A stretch of 64,000 nt of DNA from Salisapilia sapeloensis CBS 127946 (taxonomy: Eukaryota; Protista; Oomycota). The notes under the pieces were generated by a model that was not told the origin of the DNA, searched no databases, and saw only the letters and a program-made list of their open reading frames with translations. Shown here piece by piece: positions 23,002 through 34,413 of this stretch. Position 1 is the stretch's first letter; each line of letters opens with the position of its first letter. Both the position numbers and the translations under genes were made by a program. The DNA lies in the NCBI GenBank assembly GCA_023334545.1, contig JAADVB010000022.1, forward strand, positions 60,398 through 124,397, given 5' to 3'.

Positions 23002-24762
23002 CTAGCTTTTGACATTAATATACGTCTCCAACTCGGATGAATCCAAGCATACCTTTGCCAGGATCTCAGCGACGCGTTGACTGGTGTAGTTAATACCGAA
23101 CTCGACCATCGCCATGAGTCGAAAGTCGTGGTACAATTGTTTCGCGCAAGTAGTTGGCAATAGACGAGCTAGTAGTCTTGTCTTTTCATACAACCGTCGT
23201 TCCGCGACCGTCGTATCCTGACGGATGGCTTCATATGGTGGGAGTGGCACGCCAAATAGATATGCCTACACCTGCATTAGTCCTGGAACTAGAACATCAC
23301 TGAAAGACATGCACCTCTCTAGTAGTCGTGAGCTGACATCATGCGATTAGAAAACTGGGCTCGATGGCAGAGGGTTAGAGATGCTTACAATCACTGTTTG
23401 GAGGAGTTGGTGGTGGCTAGCATGCTTCCCGTACTGAACGGTGAAAAAGGACTGGAGGCAACGTCGTATTGGCCCAGTCTCGCTCCCAATAACGTGTCTA
23501 GGCCGTGGGATGTAGTCGTCGCAAATAGTAGAAGAAAAGTTTGTTGCGAAAGGTTCCTACATGTCTACCAAGCGCGAAAGCTGCATAAAGTATCAGCATT
23601 TTAGTCACACCTAGTTTCCACGGACCTGATACCATTGGGGCTGAGTGTTCCCAGATCCGTTCGTCGTACAGTAACAGTCGAATTGAAGACACAATCGCCG
23701 CTCGCCTGACAGCTATGTCTTCATGCATCATCCAGCGAAAGATACTTTCCATGATGGGATGGTTCATCGGTAAGTCCGACATGAGATCCTGGCGTAGAAA
23801 GATGATCTCATGCAGAGTTGCGATCCCGAAAGCCTTCACATCCGACGACACAAAATCTTCTTCACAGCCTTCGATTGCCTCCGCAAGACGAAGTGCTACC
23901 ACACATTTATACTGACTGGAAGACGAAAATAGAGCGTGGGAAGGGGGTACTAGTGGGATGTGCCACGTGCACCGCTACGGATCGAATAAACTAATACAGT
24001 GTGTTAGATACTGTCAAAGGTTCCATGAAAGTGACGTTATCACTTTCAAGGCTTCCACTTGGGATCCTAGCGCAGGTGCTGTAAGTCCGTCGTTGATAAT
24101 ATCAGCAACTCGCACCGTCGTTTCACTGTCTGGCGCTTGGTGGGTTGGGTCCGGGGGTACTTGTAACTGCTGAAATAGAAGCTATTGAGCGACTTTATTA
24201 GAGCCGATTACAAGACTAACGACGTATGCATGCAGTAATCGCCTGGTCGAGTGATGCGTGGTCCAAAGTCTCTTGTACGAGCCACCGCTACCAATAAATA
24301 GAAGGGATAAAGGGTAGCATAAGCCATCCTCCTGCTTCGGTGTACATCTGCACTCGAGATTACCAAAGGTCGGAGCACGCTACATTCATTCCTCAATCAG
24401 AAGTTCAAATACGCATACGATGGAGCGTTGTACCGTTGTGGATGCTGTTTCAGTTTGGAAAGCCGCGGACCTTGCTTGAGGATCTTTTTCATCGCCGCCA
24501 TCGCATTTTTGTCATGCAAACGTAGAATGTGGCGCGCGATCTGTTTCAGCAAGGCGTCGGACAAAGTGTCTTCAAACTCAAAGGCTTGTAATAAGCGGTC
24601 GAGTGATATATCCTCTCCGCCATGATGAGCCAGCATGTTTTGCCAGTACTGTTCCGCTACACCACCAAGTACAGACAGTTCATGATATGCTCTTGACAAA
24701 GTTTAGCCTAGTCTACTTTTTTCATCCATCCAGAGATCGAGTGCCCCAGGCTCTTGCTGCAT
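23002..24762 (-). CDS. Uncharacterized multi-exon helical (possibly ARM/HEAT-like) protein; both ends uncertain
   Basis: Chain of ORF segments (24397-24699, 24208-24396, about 24000-24170, 23498-23902, 23002-23250) separated by GT..AG intron-like gaps; no family recognised. Confidence 0.55.
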
Positions 24763-25397
24763 CCCGGCTTGTTGCCTAGTCTTTGTCCTTTAAACGAATG
24801 CTATCTTTGTTCCTTTTCAACTAAAATTTTATGTTAAATGCGACAAATGATGTACACTTGCAGCGCCAGGATCTGTTCTACCTCTGATCCAGTTCTATTT
24901 ACTTCTGCTTTGGAAGTAGATCCGCAATGCGAGACTACAAAAAATATCAATTGACATGTGGGTGTGTGTGACGTGCAGGCAAAATTTTCAAACAATAGAA
25001 AGGACTTGGGTGGTACCAGATTCTAGATACGCAGTAGGAAAGCTCACTTTATTCAAATTGTTATACGAATGGCGTGCCCTTTGGAGTATAAAGGAAATTG
25101 ATCTACTGACGCCGGCACAGAAGCCTTACCTTGCCTTCCAGTGGCTATGAGGACGCCAGACTTGTTTTAGAAAAGAAACCAAAGCACAAACAAGGTGTGG
25201 TCAGTAGGTGATGCGAGAGGGGACATAGGGGTAGGCCAACTATTTTCAAACAGCTATATGATTGGATGAAAGTCAATAGAAAGTTCGTGTATGTGTTTGT
25301 TGTAGCGGACTCGCGATGGAAGCAGTTCTCCTCATAACAAAAAAAGCGCCCCGGAACTCAAGTGCTTTCGTCGTTAAGCCAAGGAATTTCATACACA

Positions 25398-26216
25398 ATG
25401 ACCGATAGCCAGATGATGCAGACCCGCAAACGCTCTAGCGACGGTGACCTCGTTATCGCCCGCAACGTTGTCAAGCCCGGCAACAACACACCCGTCTTCC
25501 TCCAGAAAACGTACGACATGATCGAGTCGTCGCCGGACCACATCGCGTGCTGGAGTGACGCAGGTACCTCGTTTATCATCAAAGCGCCACGTGAGTTCGC
25601 AAAGGACATGCTTCCGCGCTACTTTAAGCACAACAACTTTTCGTCCTTCGTCCGCCAGCTTAACTTTTATGGTTTCCGCAAGCACAAAAAGGATGAAATC
25701 GTCATCACCAACCAAGACGACGAGTCCAAGAACTGGTGGGAGTTTTACCATGAAAAGTTTGTGCGCGGCAAGAAAGAGCTCATGGCTCAGATTCGCCGCA
25801 AGACCTACTCCGAGTCATCATCCCCGGAACGTGAAGAAGTAGAAACATTGAAAAACTCTGTCGAGCGTCTCCAAGGCCAAGTGTCCGAGCTCATGGGTCA
25901 GTTAGGCGACGTGACAATGCTGGTGAAGAGTCTGTTGCAGGAGAAACAGTTCGGCCTCCCGCCTTTTGAAGAGCCGTCTGCCAAGCGCGTCAAGACCAAC
26001 GACGGAAATATGATGGAGCAGGATTTGCCATCGATGCAAGAGCTATCCGCCGCCCCTCCGTCCATGGACCAACCAGGCATGCTTCCAGAGATGGATTTAA
26101 AGTCAGATAAGTTGGGCATGCTTGACTGGCCACAAGGATACAACGACCTCGAGTACTTTGGTGGCGACAGCCGCGCCTTCTTTGGCGCTGATGATATGCT
26201 GCACAGCTACGAGTAA
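25398..26216 (+). CDS. HSF-type DNA-binding transcription factor
   Basis: PVFLQKTYDMIE..WSDAGTSFIIK..LPRYFKHNNFSSFVRQLNFYGFRK..EFYHEKFVRG, followed by a short coiled coil. Confidence 0.95.
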   Translation: MTDSQMMQTRKRSSDGDLVIARNVVKPGNNTPVFLQKTYDMIESSPDHIACWSDAGTSFIIKAPREFAKDMLPRYFKHNNFSSFVRQLNFYGFRKHKKDEIVITNQDDESKNWWEFYHEKFVRGKKELMAQIRRKTYSESSSPEREEVETLKNSVERLQGQVSELMGQLGDVTMLVKSLLQEKQFGLPPFEEPSAKRVKTNDGNMMEQDLPSMQELSAAPPSMDQPGMLPEMDLKSDKLGMLDWPQGYNDLEYFGGDSRAFFGADDMLHSYE

Positions 26217-27105
26217 GCCGTCAGATGACTGCGGTATAGTGCTATCATCATCGTCTGCGTGTCGTCCCGGTGCTCCCACCGTCTGAAGTTTAACGTCGAT
26301 TCGCTTTACCCGGCCTAGTTGCGTCGCAACGGAAAAGCCGTAGGAGCTAACTGGAATCAATCGCTCGGACTGGTCGGGAACCTTTTGCTTGTTGGTTATT
26401 TCAACGGAAAGTCAACCACAGTAATCTAGTACAGGAAACGGCAAAGGACTTATATATTCACCTAAGCGGAAATAAATCTTGGTACTTAAATGTAGTACTC
26501 CTTTCCCCCTCTATTTTCCCTTCTAAGGCAGCTGTCACGTGCCGAAGGAAAGTTTCCTTCGGTTGAAAAGGATGATGGGAGGAGCGACCTAGACGCGTGT
26601 ACGACAACACGGTTGTACATAATGTCATTCTGATTCTTGTCGTGGCATGCGGTTTTCACCGACACCATTCATGCAGATCGTGAACGGATCTTGCTGACCA
26701 TGCAAAGCCAGCCACCACTAGGCGATGCGCGAACAATACAGTGTGTTTCTCCATTCACCTGTGTTCTTTTTGAAACATCCACCATGTTTGTGCCTTCGCA
26801 CTGCAAATTGGCGCGCTCGAATAGCGAGTTTGTATGAAGCACATATACTTTCGTACTACTCGACGTAGTCAGTTAAATACAGCCCTAGCTTTAAAGAAAC
26901 TTGAAAGCGGTATAGAAAGGCTCAGGCGCGCACGCCAGAGATAAGACAACAGCAAGGATCCCGAGCGCACCTCGCAATCGTCTGACGAGCTCGAAAACAG
27001 ATCGATGAGTCACGCGACTATAGATGCTGATTTCTCTCGACATACAACTCATGTGTTTCATCTGAGCCAGAAGCCGACGGTGCTCGTCGAAGTTGTTCGT
27101 TGTAT

Positions 27106-27701
27106 CTATTGCCGTCATCAGCCGTTCACAATCTCAGGTTCACACCGCGACGGAAGTTCCAGGAAGTAGGCTCTGTACTCGTAAACACGATCGTCATTTG
27201 AACCCTCGCTACATGGTTTCTACCCAACACGATCATCCGTCGAGTACGACCGTCCATAACGACCTCTGGAAGTTCGGCGAAGTGGACTTGTCCATACTGA
27301 ACCCGCATCGCCATCTTCAACGCCCCTCCTTGATTTATTTCTATCCGAAGCGGCCGTCAGTCGAATCCAACATCGCATGTGCACCTCGGCGGAAGTTCGG
27401 CGAAGCAGGTTTCATCATCTTGCGCATGTACGACCATCTGCAAGTCATCGACTCGATCTTTCCTATCACCTGGTCGTCAGCCAACACGACACTACCTTTG
27501 CGTCGTGATAGAAGGTCAGTGAACGAGTACCAGCGACGACGAGCAAGAATGCAGGTCACATCAAGTCATCTTCTAGATCATTCCTACCATCCAGTTGTCA
27601 GTCTATCTCCATGTTGCTTAGGCATCACGATGGAACTTCGGCGAAGAGTTAACGGTAACTAGCACACCTGATATATCCCTCTCGCAAACTAGATCATCCG
27701 C
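27106..27701 (-). repeat. Diverged tandem array, 5 units of 114-122 bp
   Basis: Core GGAAGTTCGGCGAAG (plus strand) exact at 27268 and 27391, 1 mismatch at 27632, degenerate at 27152 and about 27510. Second shared block CAAGTCATC..GATC..TCCTA..GTCAG. Minus-strand TAG ends fall at 27584, 27463, 27341, 27220 and 27106. Confidence 0.8.
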
Positions 27702-28041
27702 ATCCGCTGGGAATGGGATCGGCTACCAGGTCCAGCTCCCAGATCTGAGCCCTCGTCCGTCCTCAGATATCTGATTCGACACCCAAACGAAGACAAAGAC
27801 GATCATGAAGCTCATCCAGCGCCAATTCCTCCCGTATGCCTCTGGTGCACCAAGTCTTCACTCTCTCGTTGCTTCTGGATCACGAACAAGGTGTGTGCGA
27901 TTCGACTAATACTAAATAAGCCTTTATGTATTTCATGCATGATATCCTAGTCCTGTACTCGTTGTTACGGACCGATCTGTCTCCGTCCTTCGATATCAAT
28001 CGTCCACAAACGAGTATGACGCGTACGAATTGACACTTCCG

Positions 28042-29258
28042 ATGGATGTTGAAAGCGAAGGTGATTCCTTCCCATCCGCTGACCATGACATCGATGTCAA
28101 TGATCAACTCGAAGTCGTCTGTGCCACGACTTTCGCATCCAACGAAGCTCTTCATACCGCCATCGCGTATTCCCAAAGTGGAAAGTATGGCATTCTTATT
28201 GCCAAGCTACCATCGGACCTGTCCGACCTACAGAACCAGCCTTTGGATTGGCAAAAGGTAGAGCTAGAAGCCGCACCTACGAAACTCATTGCGACCTCTT
28301 CCAAACAGCAAGACGATACGTCAGGGGACGCATTCAGCGGGATACTGGTATTCCAGAGCAGTTCAAGTGAGCCTGTGATTGGTATTGGAGACATTCACAC
28401 GGGCGAATCGACTGATCAAGTACGTGCTTTCAATATGATGCCGGATACTGATGCTGACGAAGAATGTTTAGTTCGTGCGTTTAAACGAGTCGCAATTCGC
28501 GTCTTACTTTCCCTTCTTCTCCTCCTTTACTCATCCAGTGCTTGTGTGGGATTCCCTCACAATGAACAACTTGCCACTCCTTGTCCTTGGCTGTGCAGAT
28601 GGGTACGTACGATTATTATAAACTTCGTATCTACCCTTCTTACATCGCGTGTAGGTATATATGTCTATTAAGAGGTGATATGGAGAACATGGGGACTGTT
28701 CAGCTCGTGCATGATTGGCAAGTGGAGAGTCCTGTCACGTCCACTTCTCTTTTCATGTCTGAAGCTAGAGTCAATCTCATCGTGGCGTCTGCTTTAACAA
28801 GAGCAGTTTTCATTCAAGACGTACAAGATACTTTTTCTACCGCACTGCATGATCTCTATCTCCCACCGGATGCTGGTTTTATCTATTGTGCCATTGCTGC
28901 TGACTTTGACTTGGTACGTCTATTTTCGATAGTCTGGATGAAAAAGATGAAACTAATGTGACGGGAATAGGAAGGAGAGAAGAATATACTCGTAGGCACT
29001 GAGTCAGGTCAAGTCCTCGCGTATCAGAAAAAGTGGCGTAAAAATAGCTTTGAGGAACTCGCAGCCGATTGGGCTTTGAAAGTCATCGGTAGCATCTACA
29101 GCATGCTCTGGATAGATGTGGATAAAGATGGGATCGATGAGTTATTAATCGCTGGCTCAACCGGCATCTACATCTATGGCTTCACTTCCGTAGCTGTGAT
29201 AGACAAAGTAGAAGCATTTCTCCAGCATTTAATTATCCCGCAACAAGACGCAAATTAA
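28042..29258 (+). CDS. KPTN: Kaptin-like (KICSTOR) FG-GAP protein, multi-exon
   Basis: DFDL|EGEENILVGTESGQVLAY and WIDVDKDGIDELLIAGSTGIYIY resemble the kaptin C-terminal repeats; internal exon structure is uncertain. Confidence 0.6.
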
Positions 29259-29308
29259 CGGTTGTGCTTTGTTGCAAAATATACTTTTGTAGCTTATCAA
29301 GCGGACAA

Positions 29309-31634
29309 ATGATCCGAACTGTATGGGGACGAGCGCTTCGTCGACCAGCGTCTGGTGTTTATACAAATTGCTTTGCCTCCATTGCAACTGTTCGAGACGA
29401 ACGAACAAGCTCAGGGCTTTTCCAATTGCATCAATTGCATCAACCGTCCGATTTTGGTCAATTGACACAGCAAGTGACGTCGAAATGCCATGCTTTGCGT
29501 CAAAAGTTGGATGCGGAGCCTGCTGGCGTCACGACGTTGCAGCTTTTGGACGAAATATCCAACACAATTTGCTCTGTCATTGATGCTGCCGAGTTATGCC
29601 GCAACGTGCATCCTCGAGATGACTTTCGGCAAGCTGCTTCCAAGTGTTTTAATGAGCTGACGGACTTGATTTTACACGTTAATGGCGATTTTCAACTCTA
29701 CTCTCGCCTAAAAGAGTTAACGCAACGACCTGATATCATGTCCAGTTTCACAGAAGAGCAGAAGCGAACGGCTCATTTGCTCCAGCAAGAGTTTGAACGA
29801 GATGGCATCCACCTTCCACCGCATGAGCTAGCAAAGGTGAATGATCTGCAGCGAGAGATCGGCGACCTCGGACTCGACTTTCAAAGAAACATGTATATGA
29901 GTAGCGAGACAGTCGAAGTGCCGATGGATTCATTGCAAGGTCTACCACAAAACCTCTTAGCCGTTTGCAAACGCAAGTTGCTGAATCCCAAGATGGCAGT
30001 CGTACCGACGGAACCGGCGGTAATCAATGCTCTTCTCAAGTACGTTCCGAGTGAAGAAACACGGAGAAAGATCTATTTGGCCGGTAACGACTGTGCGCGA
30101 GCGAATGAAGAGGTAGACTGTCGTGCTTAGACTGTATGATGCCTGTGGCTCATATCGTGATCAGGTTCTAGAGACGCTCCGGATGAAGCGCCATGAGCTG
30201 GCTGAAGCTCTTGGCTTTCCGTCCTATAATCATCTATCCTTAAGGTAGTCTCCACTCTCTCCATATCCGTCTGTACACAGCATACAAATCCCTCTCTCAT
30301 CTTTGATAGCGACCGAATGATTCGAGATCCAGACGTCGTGCAGCAATTCCTACTAGACCTCTCACAACGTCTTCAACCACAGGTCCGATAGCCACTCTTT
30401 TGCGACGTAATACCGCTCGTAACCAGTTTGTTGTAGGCTACGAAAGAACTAGAGCTGCTATCTGCCACCAAAGCTCTCAAGGAGCCGAATGCTTCGTCCA
30501 CTGCGCAAGTTTGGGATCTACCGTACTATATGGGTCTCGTCAAAGGCGAGACGTTTGGTCTCCACTCTCGGACGTTGTCCTCATACTTTCCTCTGTCCAG
30601 TGTTCTTGAAGGCCTCCAATTAGTCTGTAGCCAAGTGTATGACTGTCAGCTAGTAGAAGTAACTCCTCAAGCTAGTGAGGTGTGGCATGACGATGTGAAG
30701 AAGCTGGAGCTACAAAATGCTTCTGGTGACCACCTCGGAACGTTATATCTCGATCTGTACCCTCGACGTAACAAGTACAAGCACGCTGCCCACTTTACCA
30801 TTCGATGTGGAAAGCAAGTTCCGTCCTTTGACTCGTCTCCATCGACATACCAACGACCTATCGCCGCTCTTGTCTGTAACTTTCAGAAGCCTGCACCAGA
30901 TGCACCAAGTCTACTTACGCACTCAGAAGTAGAGACGTTGTTCCACGAGTTCGGACATGCTCTCCATTCCCTTCTATCTCGAACCGAGTTCCAGCATCTT
31001 AGTGGAACAAGAGCGGCGCTAGACTTTGTCGAAACGCCATCGCATGTGATGGAGTACTTTGCCTGGGACGCTCGTTTCCTACGTCAATTCGCTCGTCACT
31101 GGCAAACGCAGGAGTCGATCCCGACGGACCTCGTCGCTTCCTTACAGCGCTCTCGACGGCAATTTGCCGCACTGAATGCTCAGGTACGTACACCTAGTCT
31201 GTTATCGTATAGAAAGAGGACTCATGTGATCTTCATAGACGCAATGCTTGTATGCGGCATCGGACTTGGCTCTCTTTGGCAGCGACCGGAACGATGCGTC
31301 GACTATTATTCATGATCTCCATCCAGAAATGACAGTCGTGCCGTACCCTCATGACGATGTATACCCTCGAGGTGCCGATTGGCACCTTCGATTCGGACAC
31401 TTGATCGGATATGGATCTGGATACTACAGCTACCTCTACGCTCGAGTGTTTGCAGCAGAGATCTGGTCGAGCAACTTTGCTCCAGACAGTCACGTACCAG
31501 AGCATGCTGGTGCCCATGTACGAGATGAATTGCTAGTCCATGGTGGAGCAAAAGACCCGAAGGATATGCTCGTCAAAGTCATTGGACGCGTACCCACTTC
31601 GTCTAGTTTTTTAAACGAGTTGGGAATAGAATGA
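29309..31634 (+). CDS. MIPEP: Mitochondrial intermediate peptidase (M3 metallopeptidase), multi-exon
   Basis: Presequence; LDEISNTICSVIDAAELCRNVHP; LFHEFGHALHSLLS; DFVETPSHVMEYF; FGHLIGYGSGYYSYLY. Confidence 0.95.
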
Positions 31635-31675
31635 ATGATTGGAAGAGAGAGAGAATGTATTGGTAAAGACAAAGG

Positions 31676-32530
31676 CTATTGAATGCTGCAGCAAGCAGCA
31701 CATCCGCCTTTCACTTGCTGCTCGTCACCCTTATTGGTGTCGGATAATTCGTCCATTTTCGTTGCCTCCGTGCTGATGGTGTCTCGAGAGTCGATCGAGA
31801 GTCCACGCGGGTCATCGCCAATGGCTGTTAATGACTCCACTTGGCTTGAATCCACTTCTATAGGCAATGGTTAGTATGTGCATAGGATGCAATGAAGAGG
31901 AAGACGAACGAGGAGTTTTCTGGGCAACAACGTTGCCGTCCTGGCGCCAGACGAGCGCGTCGACCCAATACGACGCTTCTTCACGCGTCTTGGCTTTGAT
32001 CGTGTACTCTCGTTCGTTCAATTCGATCGTGAACAGACCAGCTTCTATGGGCGTGTTAGATAAGAGACAAGGTGGAGAGGGTCGATGGCGTACCATTCTC
32101 GCCATCGTCTAGCAGCCGAATGCTACCGACTTGAGGTAAATTTAACGCAGCAAGTAGCTTTTGTCCTTGTCGCTATGAGAACAAGATTTAGTGGGAAGGA
32201 AGGAGGTACGAGTTCAAGATATAAGTACTTTGTAGTATGTAAGGAAGCATCCATTGGTTTCAAACCATCGCTTCTGCCACTTTCCATCTCGGGTCTTTTT
32301 GAATAGGTAGCCTAGCATCCTGTTTATATACGCACGAGGACTAGAAGAGTGGTAGTAGAGTACCTCGAACCTCCTCTACAAGACACAAAATAGGAATATG
32401 AGCTATTGTCGATTTGCATTATAGATTGACAATAAGATATACCTTTGGTAAAGTCTGGTCGTCCTGGGTGGGAACTAGCCGACGAATTGGATTCGGTATT
32501 CAAACGCTCTTTATCATTGTCCGTACTCAT
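31676..32530 (-). CDS. Small PH-domain protein with C-terminal CaaX (multi-exon)
   Basis: Spliced KGYLFKKTRDGKWQKRWFETNGCFLTYYK..LAALNLPQVGSI..FTIELNEREYTIKAKTREEASYWVDAL; ends GGCAACCSIQ*. Confidence 0.82.
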
Positions 32531-32977
32531 GGCGCCAATCTACTGCAAGCAACAAGAAGACTTATCTCTTATCAGTATCTTTGTCGTATGCAAAAGTATG
32601 CGATTGATCATCGCATGCCAAGTTTGAAAAGTGTTAGGATGGGTGACTCCTGCTGACAACATCTCGATTGACACACAAGCGACTGTTCGTCCAATCTTCT
32701 TCGCATGCAAGTACACCCAACCTTTATATATACATCATAAAGGTAATGAGATCGAGAGATGCACTCTACCTGTAGCAGCAGCGAGGTATGCGCTTGCTTT
32801 CGCCGACTGATCGTTATGCTGCTGTAGATGGAGGTAGCAAGTTTGTATCAGCCAATGAAAACATAGGATTCTACACCCATTCAAATTAAAAAGTGGGTGC
32901 ATGCAGGATGACAGGTTCCATTGCAATATACAGTTCTACGCCCTATCTGAATCGACCGAGTATGAAAGACAAGAGGT

Positions 32978-33799
32978 TCAACTTGCAGTGGCGCCACGAT
33001 AGTGCCAGTCGTTCTCCACGAGTTCCTGTAGCTCCTTGATGCGAGCTGTATCGACGTGCGGCTGCATTTGCCACGAAGCAATGTACAGCGTGAGTGTCGT
33101 GTGGTTCTGGCAGTAGAGTGCGTCGTTTGCAATCAAAGCCTTGGCCGCGAGCTCCTTTTCGTACATGTCCAAGATTTCGAGCAAGAAGGTTTCTATACCA
33201 GTGTGGATTTTTATATGGATTTTTCATGGAGCTTTGGACGTGCAAAGATAGGGTGCGAAATACCATAGCGCTGGTAGGAGCAAGTTGTGAGCTTGCGCGT
33301 TGCTTGGTTTGCGAGCAAACCTTGGTCGTTCAATAGCATTGCCATGTGCGAATATATTTCACCCTGCAATGTGGTTACTTTTGAACAAGATGCTAGTAGT
33401 TAAGCGTTGCTACCATGCTTTTGACAGTGGTGTGCATTCGTTGTTGGTTTCGCTGTGCGAGCTCCCATAACTGCATAGTAAGTGAATACATGTGCGCATG
33501 AATTGACGACAAGAATAAGTGTACTCGAATTTCTGCAGCGTCATGTAGACGCGTGCATCCTGAAAACTCGCCCCATTCATCTCCACTCATGTACCTACAA
33601 TGCACACACGACGTTTCAGATGCAGCGCATGGGGTAGCCTACCGACCATTTCAACGATGTAAAGGATGCCGTACGTCGTCTTTTGGATAGCATCCGCCAT
33701 CTTTGCAAGATGCTGTTGCCCTTGCGCTGCATGTTGCCGCCACTGTTGCTCCAGCTCGCGGTACCGCTCCAGCCACCAGCAGCCACTTGGGTGCGTCAT
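32978..33799 (-). CDS. CINP: CINP-like (CDK2-interacting protein) homolog, multi-exon
   Basis: C-terminus DMYEKELAAKALIA..LTLYIASWQMQPHVD matches CINP (MYRKELLLK..LSYLSMWLHQPYV); N-terminal helix ELEQQWRQHAAQG. Confidence 0.7.
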
Positions 33800-34413
33800 C
33801 TATCAAATTTTGATTGCTCGGTGTCGCATCTTTGAAAAAATTACTAAAGTGCATATCTATCTTGAACGCACGGTTACTTCGGCTGGAATCGCCCTAGTTG
33901 ATGGAGATCAAGTTGCCAACGTCATCGACTTCCACTGACCGACGCAGTGCGGCCAAAGACGGGGGTACTTGAAGCCATAAAGCATGATTGACGTCATGCG
34001 TCGCACTTGATCGAATCTGCCAATCAACTATCGCGTAGTCGTCTTTCTATCCAATCACGCCACCGTCTCCTATTTCAAGCTCATCGACCTGGACTTCGTC
34101 ACGACACGCTCGCAATTCTTTCGGCGTGCCATTCCAAAGCGTGTCGGAACGAGTCATCGCACTCGAGATTTTGTACGTGGTACACTCTCGCACCAGGTCA
34201 GCCTTTCATCGTCTCGTGCCCGTGTCTCCTCGATACCGCACTCAAACGACGACTAGAGCCACTCAAGCGCCGTCCTTTCTCGTTTTCTCTGTCCTTCGTG
34301 CTGAGAAAATCTCTCGTTTGAACCGAGCACGACCAGCACGTTTTCAATTCATCTACGCCGCCAGTTCTATTTATACTCCGACTTAACATACCACATACGA
34401 CATTCGTACGAAC

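Noticed and set aside
25279-25288. AGAAAGTTCG heat-shock-element-like site upstream of the HSF gene
   Set aside because: Only two nGAAn units; functional HSEs usually need three and this occurs often by chance.
27093-27662. 189-aa plus-strand ORF over the array
   Set aside because: It starts at TTG, the repeat motif changes frame between units, and splice-like signals favour the minus strand. Not called as a CDS.
27106-27701. CRISPR array or C/D-box snoRNA cluster reading of the 121-bp array
   Set aside because: Similarity extends through the would-be spacers, units are too long, there are no cas genes and the context is eukaryotic. A canonical box C (RTGATGA) appears in only one unit.
32560-32950. 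Exon-like fragments between CINP and the PH gene
   Set aside because: No consistent frame linking them to either gene; may be UTR introns.
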